Shown here: one piece after another, positions 41,571 to 55,772 of the stretch
Position numbering within the stretch: the stretch's first letter is position 1
Layout: every line of letters begins with the position of its first letter
NCBI GenBank assembly: GCA_964016885.1
Contig: OZ024766.1
Span: 22,196,001 to 22,260,000 of the forward strand
DNA length: 64,000 nucleotides
Direction: 5' to 3'
Origin: Eledone cirrhosa
Lineage: Eukaryota
The notes under the pieces: model-generated
Databases searched by the model: none
What the model was told of the DNA's origin: nothing
What the model saw: the letters and a program-made list of their open reading frames with translations, nothing else
Position numbers and translations under genes: made by a program

Positions 41571-41760
41571 TAGATGAGATTCTACAGGACTAGAACTGTT
41601 TCATTCTTTAGAAATCATCAGGAATCTGAGCCAGATTCCTGATGATTTCTAAAGAATGAAACAGTTCTAGTCCTGTAGAATCTCATCTATATTAAAACTT
41701 TTATACTCTCTGCTATGTATTGAGTACCTTACTTACTGTGGTTACCTCCGAATAACTTAC
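41571..41760. mobile_element. Fold-back Penelope-like terminal fragment with degenerate hammerhead cores
   Basis: Perfect inverted arms of about 58 bp (41571-41689) containing CTGATGA tttc-taaa-gaat GAAA cagtt. Partial copies at 25855-25990 and 56893-56992. Confidence 0.6.
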
Positions 41761-41791
41761 CCGGAATAACTTACCTATATATATATATATA

Positions 41792-42058
41792 TCAGACCGG
41801 GTGATGTGTTGTGTCCTTGAGCAAGACACTTTATTTCACATTGCTCCAGTTTACTCAGCTGTAGAAATGAGATGAGAGGGACTGGGGTCCCTATCATTCC
41901 ACTGTAAAGTGGTCGTGTAGGCGCCACGGCAAAAAAGCACCCAGCACTCACTGTAAATGAAGTTGGTGTTAGGAAGGGCATCCAGCTGTAGAAATCAAGC
42001 CAGAATCAGTTCCTGTCCCACCCTTGCAAGCGGACGTAAAATGAAATGATGATGATGA
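41792..42058 (+). mobile_element. tRNA-derived SINE, 5'-truncated
   Basis: Body and tail match 23032-23309. Confidence 0.88.
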
Positions 42059-42064
42059 TATACA

Positions 42065-42897
42065 GGAGATGAGATTAGCATGGGAGGGGGTGTTCCGAGG
42101 CCGTAGTATCTAGAATAAGGATGGGTTGGAAGAAGTTTAGGGAGCTGCTTCCTCTGCTGACGAAGAAGGGTTTCTCCCTGTGTACGAAAGGCCGGTTGTA
42201 TGATGCCTGTGTGAGGAGCGCGATGCTGCATGGTGGTGAGACATGGGCAGCAACTGCAGAGGATATGTGACGGCTGGAGAGAAATGAGGCAAGCATGCTC
42301 CGTTGGATGTGCAATGTCAATGTGTGTGAACGACCCATGGATGTGTTGAGAGAGAAACTGTGTCTGAGAGGGATAAGTTGTGGTGTGTGGGAGAGAAGAC
42401 TGAGATGGTATGGACATGTGATGTGTTGAGAGAGAAACTGTGTATAAGAGGGATAAGTTGTAGTGTGTGGGAGAGAAGACTGAGATGGTATGGACATGTG
42501 ATGAGTTGAGAGAGAAACTGGGTATAAGAGGGATAAGTTGTGGTGTGTGGGAGAGAAGACTGAGATGGTATGGACATGTGATGAGTTGAGAGAGGAACTG
42601 GGTATAAGAGGGATAAGTTGTGGTGTGTGGGAGAGAAGACCGAGGTGGTATGGACATGTGATGCGCATGGAGGACGACCGCTGGGTAAAGAAGTGCCAGG
42701 AAATGCCAGTAGAAGGAAGACGCGGTAGAGGTAGACCACGAAAAACATGGGCGGAGGTGGTGAGAGCTGACCTCAGATCGCTGAAGCTCACGGTGGAGAT
42801 GACGAAGGACCGTGACAAGTGGAGAGATGCTGTGCTGAATAGGGCTCGTCCCACCCTTGCAAGCAGGGAAAAGCGGACGTAAAATGATGATGATGAT
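42065..42897 (+). mobile_element. RTE-clade LINE 3' fragment with an 80-bp internal repeat (4 units)
   Basis: GWKKFRELLPLLT..KGRLYDACVRSAMLHGGETW...RWYGHVMRMEDDRWVKKC..VEGRRGRGRPRKTWAEVV...DRDKWR; (TGA)n tail. Confidence 0.92.
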
Positions 42898-42914
42898 ATA
42901 CACACATATATATA

Positions 42915-42968
<54 letters not shown>

Positions 42969-43289
42969 TCACACTTTGCCAGTCAAAGAAGTTGGACAAA
43001 TTATTATTAGACAGGTCATCGCTCAAATTAAACAACCCCTACCCCAACTCCCCGCTGGGGGCTATTTTAAGGATCAGATGTTTTGAAGGGGTCACATTTC
43101 ATCTAGGCCCCATAACTAGAGTGATTGTCATGTTTGTAAAACAACTTCTTCCCAACCCTTGTTTTGTAAGTTATGGCTCTCTGTCTCATCAACAAGAAGT
43201 TTACAGAGTGTACTGGGCGCATTTTATGATGTCACCAACACTAGATAGGTTGTGATTTGATGAAAAGAGCTGGAGTGACAACCCAACCC

Positions 43290-45760
43290 TTTGGCAAGTT
43301 TTCTACAGCTGGAAGGATGCACTTCCTATTACCAACTACTTTACAGAGTGTACTGGGTGTATTGTATCATGACACCAGCACTACCACTTTACAGAGTGGA
43401 CTGGGTGTATTGTATCATAACACCAACACTACCACTTTACAGAGTGTACTGGGTGTATTATATCATGACACCAACACTACCACTTTACAGGGTGGACTGG
43501 GTGTATTATATCATAACACCAACACTACCACTTTACAGAGTGTACTGGGTGTATTATATCATGACACCAACACTACCACTTTACAGAGTGTACTGGGTGT
43601 ATTATATCATGACACCAGCACTACCACTTTACAGAGTGTACTGGGTGTATTATATCATGACACCAGCACTACCACTTTACAGAGTGTACTGGGTGTATTA
43701 TATCATGACACCAACACTACCACTTTACAGAGTGTACTGGGTGTATTGTATCATGACACCAGCACTACCACTTTACAGAGTGTACTGGGTGTATTATATC
43801 ATGACACCAGCACTACCACTTTACAGAGTGTACTGGGTGTATTATATCATGACACCAACACTACCACTTTACAGAGTGTACTGGGTGTATTGTATCATGA
43901 CACCAGCACTACCACTTTACAGAGTGTACTGGGTGTATTATATCATGACACCAGCACTACCACTTTACAGAGTGTACTGGGTGTATTATATCATGACACC
44001 AACACTACCACTTTACAGAGTGTACTGGGTGTATTGTATCATAACACCAACACTACCACACTACAGAGTGTACTGGGTGTATTCTATCATGACACCAACA
44101 CTACCACTTTACAGAGTGTACTGGGTGTATTATATCATGACACCAACACTACCACTTTACAGAGTGTACTGGGTGTATTATATCATGACACCAGCACTAC
44201 CACTTTACAGAGGGTACTGGGTGTATTATATCATAACACCAACACTACCACTTTACAGAGTGTACTGGGTGTATTATATCATGACACCAACACTACCACT
44301 TTACAGAGTGTACTTGGTGTATTATATCATGACACCAACACTACCACTCTACAGAGTGTACTGGGTGTATTATATCATGACACCAACACTACTACTTTAC
44401 AGAGTGTACTGGGTGTATTATATCATGACACCAACACTACCACTTTACAGAGTGCACTGGGTGTATTGTATCATGACACCAACACTACCACTTTACAGAG
44501 TGTACTGGGTGTATTATATCATGACACCAACACTACCACTTTACAGAGTGCACTGGGTGTATTGTATCATGACACCAACACTACCACTTTACAGAGTGTA
44601 CTGGGTGTATTATATCATGACACCAACACTACCACTTTACAGAGTGTACTGGGTGTATTATATCATGTCACCAACACTACCGCTTTACAGAGTGTACTGG
44701 GTGTATTGTATCATGACACCAACACTACCACTTTACAGAGTGTACTGGGTGTATTATATCATGACACCAGCACTACCACTTTACAGAGTGTACTGGGTGT
44801 ATTGTACCATGACACCAACACTACCACTTTACAGAGTGTACTGGGTGTATTATATCATGACACCAACACTACCACTTTACAGAGTGTACTGGGTGTATTA
44901 TATCATGACACCAACACTACCACTTTACAGAGTGTACTGGGTGTATTATATCATGACACCAACACTACCACTTTACAGAGTGTACTGGGTGTATTATATC
45001 ATGACACCAACACTACCACTTTACAGAGTGTACTGGGTGTATTGTACCATGACACCAGCACTACCACTTTACAGAGTGTACTGGGTGTATTGTATCATGA
45101 CACCAGCATTACCACTTTACAGAGTGGACTGGGTGTATTATATCATGACACCAGCACTACCACTTTACAGAGTGTACTGGGTGTATTGTATCATGACACC
45201 AGCATTACCACTTTACATAGTGTACTGGGTGTATTGTATCATGACACCAGCACTACCACTTTACAGAGTGTACTGGGTGTATTATATCATGACACCAACA
45301 CTACCACTTTACAGAGTGTACTGGGTGTATTATATCATGACACCAACACTACCACTTTACAGAGTGTACTGGGTGTATTGTACCATGACACCAGCACTAC
45401 CACTTTACAGAGTGTACTGGGTGTATTGTACCATGACACCAACACTACCACTTTACAGAGTGTACTGGGTGTATTGTATCATGACACCAGCACTACCACT
45501 TTACAGAGTGTACTGGGTGTATTATATCATGACACCAGCACTACCACTTTACAGAGTGTACTGGGTGTATTGTATCATGACACCAGCACTACCACTTTAC
45601 AGAGTGGACTGGGTGTATTATATCATGACACCAGCATTACCACTTTACAGAGTGTACTGGGTGTATTATATCATGACACCAACACTACCACTTTACAGAG
45701 TGTACTGGGTGTATTATATCATGACACCAGCACTACCACTTTACAGAGTGTACTGGGTGT
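43290..45760 (-). repeat. 48-bp minisatellite (about 50 units) within a decayed SINE-related element
   Basis: Unit ttacagagtgtactgggtgtattatatcatgacaccaacactaccact, preceded by tttctacagctgga..gatgc..ttcct, the reverse complement of the SINE motif. Confidence 0.95.
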
Positions 45761-45764
45761 CTTG

Positions 45765-45979
45765 GTAGTAGGAGTGGTAGTAGTAGTGGTAGTAGTAGTA
45801 GTAGCAGTAATGGTGGTAGTAGTAGTAGTGGCAGTAGTAGTAGTAGTAGTAGTGGTAGTGGTGGTAGTGGTGGTAGTAGTAGTAGTAGTAGTGGTAGTAG
45901 TGGTAGTAGTAGTGGTAGTAGTGGTAGTAGTGGTGGTAGTAGTGGTAGTAGTAGTAGTAGCAGTAGTAGTAGTAGTAGC

Positions 45980-46015
<36 letters not shown>

Positions 46016-46980
46016 AGTGGTAGTAGTGGTAGTAGTGGTAGTAGTAGTAGTGGTAGTAGTAGCAGTAGTAGTAGTGGTAGTAGTGGTAGTGGTGGTATGA
46101 GGAGAGAGCAACACGAGATAGAAGTGAAAATACCGCTTGCCTTGTTTAACTGCCGTCGCCGCCGCCACCACTACTACACCACCACCACCACACCACCACC
46201 ACTACTACACCACCACCACCATTACTACACCACCTACACCACCACCACCACCACTACTACACCACCACCACCACACCACCACCATTACTACACCACCACC
46301 ACCATTACTACACCACCACACCACCACCACCATTACTACACCACCACACCACCACACCACCTACACCACCACCACCACTACTACACCACCACTACTACAC
46401 CACCACACCACCACCACACCATTACTACACCACCATTACTACACCACCTACACCACCACCATTACTACACCACCTACACCACCACACCACCACCACCATT
46501 ACTACACCACCACCACCACCACCACCACCATTACTACACCACCACCACCACCACCATTACTACACCACCACCACCACCACCATTACTACACCACCACCAC
46601 CATTACTACACCACCACACCACCATTACTACACCACCACACCACCACTACTACACCACCATTACTACACCACCACACCACCACTACTACACCACCATTAC
46701 TACACCACCTACACCACCACCATTACTACACCACCTACACCACCACACCACCACCACCATTACTACACCACCACCACCACCACCACCACCATTACTACAC
46801 CACCACCATCACCACCACCATTACTACACCACCACCACCACCATTACTACACCACCACCATCACTATCATCACCATCACCATCACTACCGCCGCCAAAAT
46901 ACTACCACCACCACCACCACCGTGGCCACACTCTATACTACCTCCGCCACACCACCACCACCACCACCCCACCACTACCT
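45765..46980. repeat. (TAG/TGG)n and (CAC/TAC)n trinucleotide tracts
   Basis: Read directly. Confidence 0.95.
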
Positions 46981-47114
46981 CTATTATAAACCACCTGACA
47001 CCACTCCTACCTTCACCTCCACCTCTTTTAAGAGCCGACGTAAGGAGCTTCTATGTGTTCTGCTTAAGATGCTAGAAATAGCAGCTATATCTGATCTTGA
47101 ATCGTACCACCACC

Positions 47115-49110
47115 ACTAACTACTGTACATTAGATAATGTAGTCCTAGATACACTATGTCTGATAGCCACTAATACTAACTACTGTACTGTACATTAGAT
47201 AATGTAGTCCTAGATACACTATGTCTGATAGCCACTAATACTAACTACTGTACTGTACATTAGATAGTGTAGTCCTAGATACACTATGTCTGATAGCCAC
47301 TAATACTAACTACTGTACTCTACATTAGATAATGTAGTCCTAGATACACTATGTCTGGTAGCCACTAATACTAACTACTGTACTGTACATTAGATAATGT
47401 AGTCCTAGATATACTATGTCTGATAGCCACTAATACTAACTACTGTACTGTACATTAGATAATGTAGTCCTAGATATACTATGTCTGATAGCCACTAATA
47501 CTAACTACTGTACTGTACATTAGATAATGTAGTCCTAGGTACACTATGTCTGGTAGCCACTAATACTAACTACTGTACTGTACATTAGATAATGTAGTCC
47601 TAGATACACTATGTCTGGTAGCCACTAATACTAACTACTGTACTCTACATTAGATAATGTAGTCCTAGATACACTATGTCTGATAGCCACTAATACTAAC
47701 TACTGTACTCTACATTAGATAATGTAGTCCTAGATACACTATGTCTGATAGCCACTAATACTAACTACTGTACTGTACATTAGATAATGTAGTCCTAGAT
47801 ACACTATGTCTGATAGCCACTAATACTAACTACTGTACTGTACATTAGATAATGTAGTCCTAGATACACTATGTCTGGTAGCCACTAATACTAACTACTG
47901 TACTCTACATTAGATAATGTAGTCCTAGATACACTATGTCTGATAGCCACTAATACTAACTACTGTACTCTACATTAGATAATGTAGTCCTAGATACACT
48001 ATGTCTGATAGCCACTAATACTAACTACTGTACTGTACATTAGATAATGTAGTCCTAGATACACTATGTCTGATAGCCACTAATACTAACTACTGTACTG
48101 TACATTAGATAATGTAGTCCTAGATACACTATGTCTGGTAGCCACTAATACTAACTACTGTACTGTACATTAGATAATGTAGTCCTAGGTATACTATGTC
48201 TGATAGCCACTAATACTAACTACTGTACTGTACATTAGATAATGTAGTCCTAGATATACTATGTCTGATAGCCACTAATACTAACTACTGTACTGTACAT
48301 TAGATAATGTAGTCCTAGATACACTATGTCTGGTAGCCACTAATACTAACTACTGTACTGTACATTAGATAATGTAGTCCTAGATACACTATGTCTGGTA
48401 GCCACTAATACTAACTACTGTACTGTACATTAGATAATGTAGTCCTAGATACACTATGTCTGATAGCCACTAATACTAACTACTGTACTGTACATTAGAT
48501 AATGTAGTCCTAGATATACTATGTCTGATAGCCACTAATACTAACTACTGTACTGTACATTAGATAATGTAGTCCTAGATACACTATGTCTGGTAGCCAC
48601 TAATACTAACTACTGTACTGTACATTAGATAATGTAGTCCTAGATACACTATGTCTGGTAGCCACTAATACTAACTACTGTACTGTACATTAGATAATGT
48701 AGTCCTAGATACACTATGTCTGATAGCCACTAATACTAACTACTGTACTGTACATTAGATAATGTAGTCCTAGATACACTATGTCTGATAGCCACTAATA
48801 CTAACTACTGTACTGTACATTAGATAATGTAGTCCTAGATACACTATGTCTGATAGCCACTAATACTAACTACTGTACAGTACATTAGATAATGTAGTCC
48901 TAGGTACACTATGTCTGATAGCCATTAATACTAACTACTGTACTGTACATTAGATAATGTAGTCCTAGATACACTATGTCTGATAGCCATTAATACTAAC
49001 TACTGTACTGTACATTAGATAATGTAGTCCTAGATACACTATGTCTGATAGCCACTAATACTAACTACTATACTGTACATTAGATAATGTAGTCCTAGAT
49101 ATACTATGTT
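47115..49110 (+). repeat. 65-bp satellite array, left arm (about 30 units)
   Basis: Unit taatactaactactgtactgtacattagataatgtagtcctagatacactatgtctgatagccac; period visible at 47301, 47366 and 47431. Confidence 0.97.
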
Positions 49111-49334
49111 TGAATAAAAGACTGATCACAGCTGGAACATCTTTGATCATAGGTCTGTACTGGACCAGGACTGACCGAGGGCTAAACAAAACAACCACCT
49201 GCTCTACTACAACTGCTGTTGCCTGAACTGAACGGCCGGTAAATCGTAAAGGTTGTTTAGCCCTAGGTAACTCCTGGGACACTAGACAGACCTGGGCTCA
49301 AAGATGTTCCAGCTGTGACCATGATATCTTTTAT

Positions 49335-51940
49335 TCAGACATAGTGTATCTAGGACTACATTATCTAATGTACAGTACAGTAGTTAGCATTAGTGGCTAT
49401 CAGACATAGTGTATCTAGGACTACATTATCTAATGTACAGTACAGTAGTTAGTATTAGTGGCTATCAGACATAGTGTATCTAGGACTACGTTATCTAATG
49501 TACAGTACAGTAGTTAGTATTAGTGGCTATCAGACATAGTGTATCTAGGACTACATTATCTAATGTACAGTACAGTAGTTAGTATTAGTGGCTATCAGAC
49601 ATAGTGTATCTAGGACTACATTATCTAATGTACAGTACAGCAGTTAGTATTAGTGGCTATCAGACATAGTGTATCTAGGACTACATTATCTAATGTACAG
49701 TACAGCAGTTAGTATTAGTGGCTATCAGACATAGTGTACCTAGGACTACATTATCTAATGTACAGTACAGTAGTTAGTATTAGTGGCTATCAGGCATAGT
49801 GTATCTAGGACTACATTATCTAATGAACAGTACAGTAGTTAGTATTAGTGGCTATCAGACATAGTGTACCTAGGACTACATTATCTAATGTACAGTACAG
49901 TAGTTAGTATTAGTGGCTATCAGACATAGTGTATCTAGGACTACATTATCTAATGTACAGTAGTTAGTATTAGTGGCTATCAGACATAGTATATCTAGGA
50001 CTACATTATCTAATGTACAGTACAGTAGTTAGTAATAGTGGCTATCAGACATAGTATATCAAGGAATACATTATCTAATGTACAGTACAGTAGTTAGTAT
50101 TAGTGGCTATTAGACATAGTGTACCTAGGACTACATTATCTAATGTACAGTATAGTAGTTAGTATTTGTGGCTATCAGACATAGTGTATCTAGGACTACA
50201 TTATCTAATGTACAGTACAGTAGTTAGTATTAGTGGCTATCAGACATAGTGTACCTAGGACTACATTATCTAATGTACAGTATAGTAGTTAGTATTTGTG
50301 GCTATCAGACATAGTGTATCTAGGACTACATTATCTAATGTACAGTACAGTAGTTAGTATTAGTGGCTATCAGACATAGTGTACCTAGGACTACATTATC
50401 TAATGTACAGTATAGTAGTTAGTATTTGTGGCTATCAGACATAGTGTATCTAGGACTACATTATCTAATGTACAGTACAGTAGTTAGTATTAGTGGCTAT
50501 CAGACATAGTGTACCTAGGACTACATTATCTAATGTACAGTATAGTAGTTAGTATTTGTGGCTATCAGACATAGTGTATCTAGGACTACATTATCTAATG
50601 TACAGTACAGTAGTTAGTATTAGTGGCTATCAGACATAGTGTATCTAGGACTACATTATCTAATGTACAGTACAGTAGTTAGTATTAGTGGCTATCAGAC
50701 ATAGTGTATCTAGGACTACATTATCTAATGTACAGTACAGTAGTTAGTATTAGTGGCTATCAGACATAGTGTACCTAGGACTACATTATCTAATGTACAG
50801 TATAGTAGTTAGTATTAGTGGCTATCAGACATAGTGTATCTAGGACTACATTATCTAATGTACAGTACAGTAGTTAGTATTAGTGGCTATCAGACATAGT
50901 ATATCTAGGACTACATTATCTAATGTACAGTACAGTAGTTAGTATTAGTGGCTATCAGACATAGTGTATCTAGGACTACATTATCTAATGTACAGTACAG
51001 TAGTTAGTATTGGTGGCTATCAGACATAGTGTATCTAGGACTACATTATCTAATGTACAGTACAGTAGTTAGTAATAGTGGCTATCAGACATAGTGTATC
51101 TAGGACTACATTATCTAATGTACAGTACAGTAGTTAGTATTAGTGGCTATTAGACATAGTGTACCTAGGACTACATTATCTAATGTACAGTATAGTAGTT
51201 AGTATTAGTGGCTATCAGACATAGTGTACCTAGGACTACATTATCTAATGTACAGTATAGTAGTTAGTATTAGTGGCTATCAGACATAGTGTACCTAGGA
51301 CTACATTATCTAATGTACAGTATAGTAGTTAGTATTAGTGGCTATCAGACATAGTGTACCTAGGACTACATTATCTAATGTACAGTATAGTAGTTAGTAT
51401 TAGTGGCTATCAGACATAGTATATCTAGGACTACATTATCTAATGTACAGTACAGTAGTTAGTATTAGTGGCTATCAGACATAGTATATCTAGGACTACA
51501 TTATCTAATGTACAGTACAGTAGTTAGTATTAGTGGCTATCAGACATAGTGTATCTAGGACTACATTATCTAATGTACAGTACAGTAGTTAGTATTGGTG
51601 GCTATCAGACATAGTGTATCTAGGACTACATTATCTAATGTACAGTACAGTAGTTAGTATTAGTGGCTATCAGACATAGTGTATCTAGGACTACATTATC
51701 TAATGTACAGTACAGTAGTTAGTATTAGTGGCTATCAGACATAGTGTACCTAGGACTACACTATCTAATGTACAGTACAGTAGTTAGTATTAGTGGCTAT
51801 CAGACATAGTGTATCTAGGACTACATTATCTAATGTACAGTACAGTAGTTAGTATTAGTGGCTATCAGACATAGTGTATCTAGGACTACACTATCTAATG
51901 TACAGTACAGTATAGTACAGTAGTTAGTATTAGTGGCTAT
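49335..51940 (-). repeat. 65-bp satellite array, right arm (about 40 units), inverted relative to the left arm
   Basis: The unit is the reverse complement of the left-arm unit. Confidence 0.97.
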
Positions 51941-52239
51941 AGCAATTATTTAACCCTTGGTCAACCCTGATCCAGTAGAGAGAGAGACAGACAGACAGAC
52001 CTATGATCAACGACGAACGACGTTCCATCTATGACCATCCCGTCTGCTTTTGTATATCCATAATTCTGGAACCTTTCTATGTTTTTTTTCTTCCATTCAG
52101 TAAAGTGATTCTAGCTAGCCGTGGCTGCTATCTCTAGCAGTTGTAAGGACCACTATGTGGGTCTCTTCTGTCGGCGTCTCGTTTAAGTTTGAAAATACGG
52201 AGTGGACCCGAAACGAAGGGGAGGAAGAGAGAGAGAGAG

Positions 52240-53430
52240 AGAGATATAGTAATAATATAGAGAGAGGGACGGTATGAGGTTACTGTGATACAGTGAGATA
52301 GTGGCAATAGAGAGAGTAAGAGAGTGAAGAGGCGAGTGAAAGATATAGAAATGTAAAGAGAGGAGGGTGGGTGGTAGTAGGAGGTGATATTTAAAAGCGG
52401 GAAGGTAGTATTAGAGAGAGAGAGAGGCAGTAGAATTATAGAGAGGGACACGGAGAGTATAGCTGTGATATTATATAGAGAGTGAAGAGCGACGGAGAGA
52501 GTAAAACAGTTAATTTAGAAAGAGGGGTAATGCTGCTATATTATATAGAGGGAGGGAAGAGAGGCAGAGAGATTAAAGCAGTAGAATTATAGAGAGGGGG
52601 AACGGAAAGTAATCTATTATATGATATAGAGAGTGAAGAGCGACAGGGAGAGTAAATGAGTTAAATTATAGAGAGGGGGTAACAGGTGCGAGCGAAGTCG
52701 ATGTATTATATAGAGAGGGAAGAGCGACGGAGAGAGTAAAGCAGCGGAACTATAGGGAGGGGTATGAGGTGTGAGCGAAGCCGTTCTACAGCGGCAATGG
52801 GAGAGTGAAGCCGATGTATTATATAGAGAGGGGGAAGAGAATGAAGTAAGGGCTTATAGAGAGGGGGAAAACAGCAGTGAGTTTGACGTTGTAGTGCTAG
52901 CAGAGAGAGAGTGAAGCCGCTGTATTGTATATAGAGAGGGGGAAGAGAGTAAAGCAGTGGAATTATAGAGAGGGGTAACAACAGCAGAGCGAGAGTGAAG
53001 CCGCTGTATTGTATATAGAGGGGGAAGAGAGTAAAGCAGTGAATTATAGAGAGGGGTAGAGAGTGAGGAGAGCAGTGTTATATAGAGAGGAAAAGGAGAG
53101 TAAAGCAGAGAGTTATAGAGAGGGGTAAGAGCAGACGATAATGCAGTGGTATATAGGGAGTGAAAAGAGAGTAAAGCAGAAAAATATAGAGAGGGGTAGA
53201 GAGAGTGAGGAGAGACGGGCTATATAGGGAGTGAAAGGGGAGTAAAACAGAAATATAGGGAGGGGTAGAGAGTGTGAGAAGAGAAGGGCTATATAGGGAG
53301 TGAAAGGAGAGTAAATGAGAGAATTATAGAGAGGGGTAAGAGCAGACGGCAATGCAGTGTTATAGAGGGAGTGAAAAGAGAGTAACGTAGAGAATTATAG
53401 AGAGGGGTAGAGAGAGTGAGGAGAGCAAGA
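52240..53430 (+). repeat. Degenerate purine-rich tandem repeat; inverted partner at 56040-56830
   Basis: agagagggaagagcgacggagagagtaaagcag here versus ctgctttactctctccgtcgctcttccctctct at 56140-56720. Confidence 0.8.
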
Positions 53431-53569
53431 CTTTTAGGCGAATCTTGGTGGAAGATTTAAAGAGTATATATATATATATATACACATATATATATACATA
53501 TATATATATACACATATATATATATGATGTATAGAATATATATACATATATATATTCCGTAAAAAAAAT

Positions 53570-53601
<32 letters not shown>

Positions 53602-53891
53602 CATACATATATATTTATGTATATATGAATGAATGAGTGTATATATATATATATACCCGAACGAACAAGGATTTTACCATGTATGTATATAATATATATA
53701 CACATATATATAACAGACACGCATACATTCGCCTATATACTCTCTGAAACATACATATATATATTATACACACATATATATATGTGTATATATATATATA
53801 TGTGTGTGTATATATGTATGTATGTATATTCTTGAGAAGATCGGAAGAAAAACGGATTTCTACCTTGTATGTGTATGTATACACACCTATA

Positions 53892-53922
<31 letters not shown>

Positions 53923-54122
53923 TATAATACACACACACATACATACACTCATACATACATACAAACATATACACACACACACATACATACATATACACAT
54001 ACACCTATAATATATATATATATATACAGACACACACACACACATACATATACACACATATACACACACATACATACATATATATATACACACACATATA
54101 TATACACACATACATATATATA

Positions 54123-54221
54123 CAAGGTGTCCCAAAAATGTATACACTCTTTGATTACCTGTACAGGCAATATTTCTTAGAATGCTGTTGAATTGTGTAT
54201 ACATTTTTCAGGGACACCTTG
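54123..54221. mobile_element. Tc1/mariner MITE with TA target duplication
   Basis: ta|caaggtgtcccaaaaatgtataca...tgtatacatttttcagggacaccttg|ta. Confidence 0.82.
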
Positions 54222-54230
54222 TATATACAC

Positions 54231-54277
<47 letters not shown>

Positions 54278-54318
54278 GTGAAACATACATCTATATACAC
54301 ACCCACAAATACATATAT

Positions 54319-54351
<33 letters not shown>

Positions 54352-54386
54352 CACACTCTGTGAAACACAATCATCTATATACACAC

Positions 54387-54422
<36 letters not shown>

Positions 54423-54616
54423 TCAGTGACCAGTCTATACACTCGGTTAAACAATCGTATATATTATCTTATACATACATGAACGTATGAATGAAATTTG
54501 TGTATATATAGATGAAGAAAGAGAGGTTTTGTCGTGTATGTATAAATATATATATACATATGTATATAAGAAACATACTTATACGTATATACACACACAT
54601 ATACATACTGCGAAAG

Positions 54617-54677
<61 letters not shown>

Positions 54678-54725
54678 CGTGATAGGAAGAAAGATTTCCC
54701 ACATAATGTATATATATATATACAC

Positions 54726-54758
<33 letters not shown>

Positions 54759-55355
54759 CATATATGTATGTATGTATGTATGTGTGTATTATACATTGTG
54801 GGAAATCTTTCTTCCTATCACGTATGTATATGTCTACACACACACACACACACATATATACACACATACACACATATATGTATATGCAAGTGTATATATA
54901 TTTATGTATGTCTATATTCTTATGTATATATGTATATATGATTCAGCGCTTATATACATATTTAATGTGCTATATATATATATATAGTGTATATATATAT
55001 ATATACATAATATATGTTTAGTCGATATAAATCGTTATATATACTATGTATGTGTGTATGAATGAATATATATGTATGTATATGTATATATGTATATATA
55101 TATGTATATGTATATATGTGTATATATGTATATGTATATATATGTATATATGTGTATATATGTGTATATATGTGTATATATGTATATATATGTATATATG
55201 TATATATATGTATATATGTGTATATATATATATGTATATATGTGTATATATATGTATATATATATATGTATATATATGTATATATATAAGGAAGAAAAAA
55301 TTACTATGCATATATATATATATATATGTGAATATACCTAAATTATATACTCACA

Positions 55356-55393
<38 letters not shown>

Positions 55394-55639
55394 CGTATGT
55401 ATATAAATATATATATATACATACGTATGTATATAAATATATATATATACATACGTATGTATAAATTATATCTGTGTCTATATAGACAATATTCATGTAC
55501 GTATATACCCACACATAATGTATATATGTATATACTCATTTATATATATATATATACACTCGTATTGATGAAACATTTAAATATACACACAGACAGTTAT
55601 ATATATACATATATATATATATATACATATATATACATA

Positions 55640-55696
<57 letters not shown>

Positions 55697-55740
55697 CCGA
55701 ATGTATATATGTTCGTACATACGTCTTTAACCCTTTGTAC

Positions 55741-55772
<32 letters not shown>

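Noticed and set aside
43257-46100. 947-aa and 825-aa ORFs
   Set aside because: These are read-through of a 48-bp (multiple of 3) SINE-related minisatellite plus a trinucleotide tract, open in two frames with no splice or domain evidence.
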